This document shows positions 57,544 through 64,000 of a stretch of DNA of 64,000 nucleotides, in pieces (position 1 is the stretch's first letter; each line of letters begins with the position of its first letter). Source of the stretch: Deltaproteobacteria bacterium (lineage in GTDB: Bacteria; Desulfobacterota; Binatia; Binatales; Binataceae); assembly GCA_003135135.1 (NCBI GenBank), contig PLDK01000017.1:13715-77714 (forward strand), written 5' to 3'. The notes under the pieces were generated by a model, which saw nothing but the letters and a program-made list of their open reading frames with translations, was not told the origin of the DNA and made no database searches. The position numbers and the translations under genes are program-made.

Positions 57544-58383
57544 ATGAAGGCTGTAGGCGCAACGCGTCTGGGCCTGCTGCTTATCGCGGCCATCGTGGCG
57601 GCCTGTTCATGCGGCCGTTCGCCATCCAACCCGTTCAGCGCCGCCGGACTTTCGCCCGACGACGTCAGAGTCCAGGTCTCGCGCATCGGCTTTGACGACG
57701 AGACGGGCTCGCATTACGTGCTGCTGCTTGACGAGACCGAGTCGCGCGAATTGCCAATTCTGATCGGCGAGAGCGAGGCGCAGGCAATTGTGCTCGCGCT
57801 GCACGGGATCAAGCCCCCGCGGCCGTTCACGCATGATTTGATCCGGTCCATCATCGGGCAGACCGGGAATCGCGTCGATCGAATCGTGATCGCGGATATG
57901 CGCGATGAGATCTATTACGCGACGATTTACATGGATGGCGGCCGCTACTCGATCGACAGCCGGCCCAGCGACGCGATCGCGCTGGCCATGGGGATGAACG
58001 CGCCGATCTACGTGAACAACAAACTTTTCGAGTCGGCGCCCAAGCTGGGGCTCGGCGCCGGCGGAAAAATTCCCGACACCGCGCACGCACTGGGACTGAC
58101 CGTGGAGCAACTGACTCCCGATCTGGCGAGCGCGTTCGGCCAGGCCGCCGGGCGCGGCGTGCTGGTGTCGGGGGTCTCTTCGTCGGCGGAGAAAGCGGGT
58201 GTCGCGCGCGGTGATATCGTAGTCAAGGTGGGAGATCGCGAGGTCAAGGCGCTCGACGATTTCAGCCGGCAAGCCGCGCAGCTCAAGCGCGGCGGCGCGG
58301 TGACGTTGACGCTGAATCGCGGCGGCTCGAACCGCACCGTCACGCTTGAAAGCTCGCCCGCCGGATACGCGGCGAAACCTTAG
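57544..58383 (+). CDS. Lipoprotein with bifunctional-nuclease (BFN/DUF151) domain and C-terminal PDZ domain
   Basis: Lipobox IVAACSC; BFN block VLLLDETESRELPILIGESEAQAIVLALHGIKPPRPFTHDL; PDZ-like C-terminus (GVLVSGVSSSAEKAGVARGDIVVKVGDREV). Confidence 0.7.
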   Translation: MKAVGATRLGLLLIAAIVAACSCGRSPSNPFSAAGLSPDDVRVQVSRIGFDDETGSHYVLLLDETESRELPILIGESEAQAIVLALHGIKPPRPFTHDLIRSIIGQTGNRVDRIVIADMRDEIYYATIYMDGGRYSIDSRPSDAIALAMGMNAPIYVNNKLFESAPKLGLGAGGKIPDTAHALGLTVEQLTPDLASAFGQAAGRGVLVSGVSSSAEKAGVARGDIVVKVGDREVKALDDFSRQAAQLKRGGAVTLTLNRGGSNRTVTLESSPAGYAAKP

Positions 58384-60089
58384 CCCTGGCGCACCAGCAC
58401 GCTTTCGATAAAGCGCGGATCGATCTCACGTTCGCCGCCCAGGTTGGCGAACTCTTCTTCGAGCAGGTTCAGGCAGGAATTCAGAAAGTCGGCGGTGCGC
58501 TGCCGGGCCGCGTCGTCCAGCCGCTCGGCCAGCGCCTGATGCACCCTGGCGCGAAACTCATCGTTGAGCGTCCCGGGCTGCCCGGTCATGATCGCCGCGC
58601 GCATCGCAGTCAGCCTGCTGCCTTCGATTGGATCGATCGTGAGGCGGTTGTCCAGCGCCAAACGCGCCAGGCCGGTCAGCACAAGTTGGCTGACGCGAAT
58701 TTCCCGCGCCGCCATCTGCGCACGGAAGTTCGGCGACGCGATATCGATCCCGAACATCGCGCGGAACAATTCAGCGGCCGAATCGACTTGATCGAGAATC
58801 GCGTAGCTCAGATGCAAGTCGCGCATGCTGCTGAAATCGCGCATCTCGACCGCGCCACTGCCGTCCAGGCCGCTGTAGAATCGCGGCTGCCGGGCCATGA
58901 AGCCGGCCAGCGCCTCCCGGTAGGGCGAGTCGAGGTACGATATCTCGCGCACCTTGACGGTCGAGAGGCCGAGTTTCCTGAGCGTAGCCTCGGCGCTGGT
59001 GCGCAGATCGATCGTCAAGCTCACGCCGAGTCGAAAGAGCAGTTTCAGCGGCGTATCGCGCAGATGCTCGATCGCACTTTGCAGGTCGCCGGCCGCCAGA
59101 TGCTCGAGCGCCAGGTTCAAGTAATGATGCGTCATCTCGACCGCGACGCGCACCGCTTCGAGATCGCCGAAATCCACCGCGCGCGCAACCAGCACCTGGT
59201 TGGAGACCATCGCCATCTCGCTGCGAAGCTGGCGTTTGCCTTGCGCCGCGAACCCCGCGGTTAGCGCGGTGTTGAACAGCGAGACATCGCCGTCGGCAAT
59301 CGCCGGCGCCATCTCGGGCGCGATCACTTCGGTATCGTCGGGCAGATCGGCGCGGCTCGGCGGCTCATATTCCGCGCGAATCTTGAGAAACTGCTCGGGC
59401 TTGAGGTACGCGAACACACTCTGCGCCTCGAAGAAGTCGGGAAAGCCGCGGTCGTTCAAGCGCGCGCGGCGGAACTGGTAGGCCTCTTCCACGAGCTCGG
59501 CCTCGACGCCCCAATAGATTTCTTCCATCAGCCCGGCGAAGTAGTTGTAGTCGCGCTCGAACGCTTCTTCGATGAAGTCCGAGATGTGCTGCGAGATTGC
59601 GTCGTGGCGGATGAACTCGATCAGATAATTTTCGTCGTACTGCGTGAAGCGATTCGCGATCGCGTCCGGCGAGGACGCCGGGTCGTCGATTCGATGCACT
59701 TTTATGTAGCCGCGCAGCAAGATCGACATCATCTCGAGGTCCAGCCCCATCAGTGCGTCGGCCAGTTTGCGCCGACCGCCGTCGGCCATCGCCTCGATCC
59801 ACTCGCGCATGCGATGCACGTTGGGACGATCGCGGCTCCAGCAATCCAGGTCGAACAGCGACTTGACCTGCTCGGGCATCGCGAGGCTGAGCAGATCGCC
59901 GGCGTCGGCGCTGCCGATTTCCTTGAGCGTGTAGAAAAGCGTCTCGGGTGAAAACGATTGCACCAGCCGCTCGGCCTCGGGCGCGGAGAGGATCAGGTCG
60001 CGCTTCTGGCGCGCGGGAAGGCCGTACAGGAACTCCAACTTTTCCTGGAAAGGAAGGTTGAGAAATTCCGATTCGCCTCTTACCGCCAT
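58380..60089 (-). CDS. Large conserved hypothetical protein (569 aa, soluble, helical), unknown function (possibly DUF6178-like)
   Basis: Long clean ORF with balanced composition and no known motif. The family assignment is a low-confidence recollection. Confidence 0.5.
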   Translation of the reverse strand: MAVRGESEFLNLPFQEKLEFLYGLPARQKRDLILSAPEAERLVQSFSPETLFYTLKEIGSADAGDLLSLAMPEQVKSLFDLDCWSRDRPNVHRMREWIEAMADGGRRKLADALMGLDLEMMSILLRGYIKVHRIDDPASSPDAIANRFTQYDENYLIEFIRHDAISQHISDFIEEAFERDYNYFAGLMEEIYWGVEAELVEEAYQFRRARLNDRGFPDFFEAQSVFAYLKPEQFLKIRAEYEPPSRADLPDDTEVIAPEMAPAIADGDVSLFNTALTAGFAAQGKRQLRSEMAMVSNQVLVARAVDFGDLEAVRVAVEMTHHYLNLALEHLAAGDLQSAIEHLRDTPLKLLFRLGVSLTIDLRTSAEATLRKLGLSTVKVREISYLDSPYREALAGFMARQPRFYSGLDGSGAVEMRDFSSMRDLHLSYAILDQVDSAAELFRAMFGIDIASPNFRAQMAAREIRVSQLVLTGLARLALDNRLTIDPIEGSRLTAMRAAIMTGQPGTLNDEFRARVHQALAERLDDAARQRTADFLNSCLNLLEEEFANLGGEREIDPRFIESVLVRQG

Positions 60090-60187
60090 ATGGCTCGCGT
60101 CGATAGTTCCATCTCAAGGCAAAGTATCGCGCGCTTCCACGACGGATCAACTAAGCGCGGATCTTTCGCTTGGCCGCGCCATTAGAT

Positions 60188-61030
60188 ATGATCTCGACAA
60201 CGCATCAGAGCCCTTTCTTGGCCTCTCCCAACTCGAAACATCTTGTCGCGCTGACCATTGCGGGCAGCGATCCCGGTGGCGGCGCCGGACTCCAGGCCGA
60301 CCTCAAAACCTTCGCCGCGCTGGGCGTGTATGGCTACTCGGTCATCACCGAGGTGATCGCGCAGAACAGCTCGCGGATTACCGACGTCGAAAACGTATCG
60401 CCCGAGATGGTCGAGGCGCAGCTCGATACTCTCGCTTTGGAATGCGCACCGCGCGCGGTCAAGACCGGTGCGCTGGCCAGCGCGGCGATTGTGAAGGCGG
60501 TGGCGCGCGCGATCGAACGCCTCAAATTGCCGGCGCCGGTGGTCGATCCCGTGATCGTGTCGAGCAGCGGCGCGCTGCTGATTGGCCCAAAAGGGGAACG
60601 CGCGATTCGAAAACGCCTGATTCCCATCGCGCGCATCGTCACGCCTAATATTCCTGAGGCCGAAGTGCTCGCGCGCATTCGAATCGACTCCGAGGCGGCG
60701 ATTCGCGAGGCCGCAATCAAGATCATCAAGCTCGGCGCGCGAGCGGTCGTTATCAAGGGCGGGCATCGCAAGGACGATACGTCCGCGACGGATTTGTTTC
60801 ACGACGGCCGCCGCTTCATCGAGCTCAAGAGTCCGCGAATCGCAGGCGGCGGTGCGCATGGCACAGGATGCGCGTTCTCGGCGGCGATCGCGGCGTATCT
60901 GGCGCGCGGGATGAGCCTCGAGGATGCGGTCCGCGGCGCGAAACGCTACGTCACCGCGGCGCTCAGGCACAGCTTCAAATTGGGAAAAGGGCGGGCGCTC
61001 CTCGATCACTTTGCGCGCCGGCAGGGGTGA
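60188..61030 (+). CDS. thiD: Hydroxymethylpyrimidine/phosphomethylpyrimidine kinase ThiD
   Basis: [28 protein letters not shown] and GxGC anion hole ([16 protein letters not shown]). The start is either ATG 60188 or TTG 60170. The stop codon lies inside a REP-like palindrome. Confidence 0.85.
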   Translation: MISTTHQSPFLASPNSKHLVALTIAGSDPGGGAGLQADLKTFAALGVYGYSVITEVIAQNSSRITDVENVSPEMVEAQLDTLALECAPRAVKTGALASAAIVKAVARAIERLKLPAPVVDPVIVSSSGALLIGPKGERAIRKRLIPIARIVTPNIPEAEVLARIRIDSEAAIREAAIKIIKLGARAVVIKGGHRKDDTSATDLFHDGRRFIELKSPRIAGGGAHGTGCAFSAAIAAYLARGMSLEDAVRGAKRYVTAALRHSFKLGKGRALLDHFARRQG

Positions 61031-61075
61031 CCCCTGCACCCAGTGTTAAGGGCGCGCTACGCTGTCGCGCGCGGG
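61021..61075. repeat. REP-like palindromic repeat unit 1 (gcaggggtgacccctgcacccagtgttaagggcgcgctacgctgtcgcgcgc)
   Basis: Perfect palindrome CAGGGGTGACCCCTG at its 5' end. It is tandemly duplicated at 61076-61130 (about 85% identity) and inverted at 32686-32745 (about 90% identity). Confidence 0.75.
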
Positions 61076-61132
61076 GAGGGGTGGACCCCCTGCACCCACC
61101 GTTAAGGCCGCGCTCCGCTGTCGCGCGCGGGC
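61076..61132. repeat. REP-like palindromic repeat unit 2 (tandem copy)
   Basis: gaggggtggaccccctgcacccaccgttaaggccgcgctccgctgtcgcgcgcgg aligns base for base with unit 1. Confidence 0.75.
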
Positions 61133-61240
61133 AGTATCGCCTCGACACGAGCATCGGGTCCCGCGGCTGCGGCGCTGCTCTTGAGGGTGCCATCCACCCG
61201 GCGATAACCTGTATGATCATGTCGGTGGCAACGAAGGCGA

Positions 61241-63001
61241 ATGTACCCGCGTAAGCGTGCGCTCGAGCGCATCGCGCGCGAAAAAGTGCTCTACGCGCGC
61301 CACCCCGGCGGCGACATCTCGGTCTGCGTCATCTATCCCAACATCTACCGGCTCGGGATGGCCAACCTCGGCTTTCAGGCCGTTTTCCACATCTTCGAAT
61401 CCGATCCATCCGTGGCCGCCGATCGCGCGTTCATCCCCGACCCCGACGAGCGCGACACGTTGCGCAACGGCGGCGAGCGTCTGGTCTCGTTCGAACGCGG
61501 CCGTCCGCTTTCTGATTTCGACATCCTCGCGTTTTCGATTTCCTTCGAGACTGACTATCTCAATGTCTTGACCGTGCTGCGGATGGCCGGGATTCCGGCG
61601 CGTCGCGCCGATCGCGCGGGCCGCAATTTTCCGCTGATCATCGCCGGTGGCTCCGCAGTTTTTCTCAATCCCGAACCGATCGCCGATTTCATCGATCTGT
61701 TTCTGATCGGCGAGGGCGAGGAGATGGTCCCGGAGTTCATCGAGCGCTGGGATGCGACGCGCGGCTCGCCCAATCAACTGCGCGAACTCGCAGCCGTCCC
61801 GGGCGCCTACATCCCCGACTTCTACACTCCCGTTTACGACGACGCCGGCCGCCTCGCCGCGGTGAATTACAGCGGCCCCGGCGTCGCGCAGGTTAATCGC
61901 CGCCTGATTCGCGACCTCAACCGCTTCACCACCTCGTCGCTGATTCTCACCGAGGAATCCGTCTTCGGCGACATGTTCCTGGTCGAGGCGAGCCGCGGAT
62001 GCCAATGGGGATGCCGCTTTTGCGCGGCCGGCTTCATGTATCGGCCGATTCGTTATCGCGCGCCTGAAACGCTAATCGCCGAGGCGGAGCGCGGTCTTGG
62101 CGAGCGCAAGGTGATCGGCCTGGTCGGCGCCGAGATGGCGAGCGTACCCGGCGTCGCCGACATCGCATCGGCGGTCGCCGATCGCGGCGGACGGCTGTCG
62201 CCGTCGTCGCTGAAAGCGGATTGCATTTCGCCCGCGCTCGCATCGGCGTTGGCGCGCGGCGGAAATCAAAGCGTGACCGTCGCGCCGGAGGCCGGCAGCG
62301 AGCGGATGCGCAAGGTCATCAACAAGAACCTGACCGAGGCCGAGATTCTGGGCGCGGCCGACATGATGCTGGGCGAGGGCGTCGGCAACCTGAAATTTTA
62401 CTTCATGATCGGCTTGCCCGAGGAGCGCGACGAAGACGTGCTCGCGATTGCCGAGCTGGTCGCCAAGGTGCTCGAGCGCGCCCGCGCGCGCCGCACCCGC
62501 ATCGGCTCCGTGACCGTGTCGCTCAATCCGTTTGTGCCCAAGCCGTGGACGCCGTTTCAATGGGATCCGATGCAGGACGCGCGATCGATCAAGGGCAAGG
62601 TCGCGATGCTGCGCCAGCGCCTCACGCGGCTGGGACAGGTCGAACTCGATGCCGAGTCGCCGCGCGAGGCGTATTTCCAGACGATGGTCTCGCGAGGCGA
62701 TCGGCGCGTCGGCGGTATCCTCGAACGGCTGGAAGCCGCGGGATGCGAAGGTTCCGGACCCATCTGGCACGAGTTGTCGAAGATTCATCGCGAAGTCCAG
62801 GCGGGCGGCAAAACTGCGTCTTTGCCCGATCCCGATTTCTTCGTCACCCGTCCTTATGCCCACGACGAGCTGCTGCCGTGGGACTTTATCGATCATCACA
62901 TTCACAAATGGTTTCTGCTAGCGGAACGAAAAAAGGCGCATCATGAGCATCAGAGTCCTCCGTGCGATGTGGTCCGATGCACCGTGTGCGGAGCCTGCTA
63001 G
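61241..63001 (+). CDS. B12-binding-domain radical SAM protein (Fe-S oxidoreductase)
   Basis: 586 aa; radical-SAM cysteine triad CQWGCRFC (Cx3Cx2C); N-terminal B12-binding-like region; C-terminal CxxC pair (CDVVRCTVCGAC). Confidence 0.8.
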   Translation: MYPRKRALERIAREKVLYARHPGGDISVCVIYPNIYRLGMANLGFQAVFHIFESDPSVAADRAFIPDPDERDTLRNGGERLVSFERGRPLSDFDILAFSISFETDYLNVLTVLRMAGIPARRADRAGRNFPLIIAGGSAVFLNPEPIADFIDLFLIGEGEEMVPEFIERWDATRGSPNQLRELAAVPGAYIPDFYTPVYDDAGRLAAVNYSGPGVAQVNRRLIRDLNRFTTSSLILTEESVFGDMFLVEASRGCQWGCRFCAAGFMYRPIRYRAPETLIAEAERGLGERKVIGLVGAEMASVPGVADIASAVADRGGRLSPSSLKADCISPALASALARGGNQSVTVAPEAGSERMRKVINKNLTEAEILGAADMMLGEGVGNLKFYFMIGLPEERDEDVLAIAELVAKVLERARARRTRIGSVTVSLNPFVPKPWTPFQWDPMQDARSIKGKVAMLRQRLTRLGQVELDAESPREAYFQTMVSRGDRRVGGILERLEAAGCEGSGPIWHELSKIHREVQAGGKTASLPDPDFFVTRPYAHDELLPWDFIDHHIHKWFLLAERKKAHHEHQSPPCDVVRCTVCGAC

Positions 63002-63038
63002 AATAAATGCGCGAGTCGAGGAGGGGAGGAAGAGGAAG

Positions 63039-63725
63039 ATGGGTCATCGTGATTTTCGTTCAGCGCGGATAACGGCTCTGTTGGCCGCGGCGGTGGCGAT
63101 GCTCGCGTGGTCGGCGCCGGCCCTCGCGGCCCCGGCCGGCGAGGAAGACATTCCCGCAACTTCGATTGTCCCGGCCGGCGGCGAGAGCGCGCCCGCGCCT
63201 GTCAATTCTCCGTACTCGGCGGGGACGCCGTCGGCGCCTGCCGCAGCCGGTATGCCCTACCTTCCCGCGCCGGCAGCAAAGCCCCCTTCGCACCGCGCAT
63301 CCAGTAAAAGTAAAAACAGTGTCCGCGAACCGGAAGTCGAGCCCGCGCAGGCGCGGATGAAGGTGCTCCAGAGCGCGCCGGTTTATTCCGCGCCGGCGAA
63401 GAGCAGCAAGCATATCGAGCTGCTCTCGCCTGATATGTTTGTGATCGTGACTGGCTCCACTCACTACTATCTGCAGGTGAAGCTCAAGAACGGACAGACC
63501 GGATATATCGATCCGTCGGCGGTCGAACTCGTAACGCCGACCGACAAGGTCTTCGTGCTCACCCGCGACGCCGGTGTGCTCGACAAGCCGAATCGATGGG
63601 CCAAAAAACTCGCTGAGGTTCACCAGCGCCGCAATGTTCGCGTCATCGGCCTCTCGCTGAACTACATGAAAATCCGGATGAAGAGCGGGCTCGAAGGCTT
63701 CATCCCGATCACCGCGCTCGAATAG
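63039..63725 (+). CDS. Secreted protein with two bacterial SH3 (SH3b) domains
   Basis: Signal peptide MGHRDFRSARITALLAAAVAMLAWSAPALA; P/A-rich linker; two SH3b-like units (VLQSAPVYSAPAKSS...GYIDPSAVELV and FVLTRDAGVLDKPN...GFIPITALE). Strong purine-rich SD upstream. Confidence 0.65.
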   Translation: MGHRDFRSARITALLAAAVAMLAWSAPALAAPAGEEDIPATSIVPAGGESAPAPVNSPYSAGTPSAPAAAGMPYLPAPAAKPPSHRASSKSKNSVREPEVEPAQARMKVLQSAPVYSAPAKSSKHIELLSPDMFVIVTGSTHYYLQVKLKNGQTGYIDPSAVELVTPTDKVFVLTRDAGVLDKPNRWAKKLAEVHQRRNVRVIGLSLNYMKIRMKSGLEGFIPITALE

Positions 63726-63818
63726 TCGCTACCCATCGGACGCGCGCATCGATCGAATGTTTCGCGCTCGACGCTGCTGCGTCGTGTCGCTATAAGTCTC
63801 CACTCGGGGAGTCTTGTA

Positions 63819-64000
63819 TGACGGATCGGGAACGACAGGGTTGGATCATCGTCGCGAGCCTCTTCGTTACGCTGGTGTTCGTTTTCGGCTCCGGCTACAA
63901 CACCGGCGGCCTGTTCTTTCCGCATCTGCTGAAACATTTCGGATGGAAGCGCGCACAACTCTCCACCCTCCAGGGCGCCGCGCTGCCGCTGTCCGCGGGG
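63819..64000 (+). CDS. MFS-type transporter, N-terminal fragment (3' partial)
   Basis: MTDRERQGWIIVASLFVTLVFVFGSGYNTGGLFFPHLLKHFGW... shows the MFS N-terminal TM1 pattern. It runs off the window end. Confidence 0.5.

Noticed and set aside
60090-60169. Possible TPP riboswitch upstream of thiD
   Set aside because: The 80-nt leader has no CUGAGA / ACCUGAUCUGGAUAAUGCCAGCG-like conserved THI-box elements.

Overview
This is a high-GC (roughly 65%), gene-dense chromosomal segment of a Gram-negative bacterium. The mix of GldG/DUF4340 ABC-type operon, NHL-repeat lipoprotein, zf-HC2 anti-sigma factor, Phenol_MetA_deg-type outer-membrane barrel and Yip1 protein suggests Acidobacteriota or a related soil lineage, at low confidence. 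I see no rRNA, tRNA, CRISPR array, integrase or transposase; the window looks like core genome. Recognisable content includes mobA, a gcvT-gcvPA-gcvPB glycine-cleavage operon with no gcvH and folD divergent from it, a MATE exporter, a RecD2-like helicase, argS, a SPOR protein and an NHL-repeat lipoprotein. A complete trp operon (trpE-G-D-C-F-B-A) is fused to accD-folC and is preceded by a Trp-codon leader peptide plus an intrinsic terminator, which is a candidate attenuator. Further along are lptD, a UbiA-family (DPPR-synthase-like) prenyltransferase, an APH-family kinase, an unknown protein divergent from a NUDIX hydrolase, an ECF sigma/anti-sigma/secreted-protein operon and polA. After these come a GldA/F/G-like ABC operon with DUF4340 and an outer-membrane barrel, acpS, ferredoxin and a GNAT acetyltransferase. 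One unusual minus-strand operon is ABM monooxygenase > DegT aminotransferase > neutral-ceramidase-like amidase > rhodanese. An aminopentose-like module (UDP-glucuronate decarboxylase + ArnB-like aminotransferase) sits divergent from a GT-C membrane glycosyltransferase. The window ends with a LysM L,D-transpeptidase, uvrD/pcrA, rlmE, a lipoprotein carrying BFN-nuclease and PDZ domains, a large hypothetical protein, thiD, a B12/radical-SAM protein, an SH3b protein and a partial MFS transporter. A family of REP-like palindromic repeats (core gcaggggtSacccctgc) recurs at four or more intergenic sites. The six-frame track contains many long antisense ORFs that I treat as high-GC artefacts.
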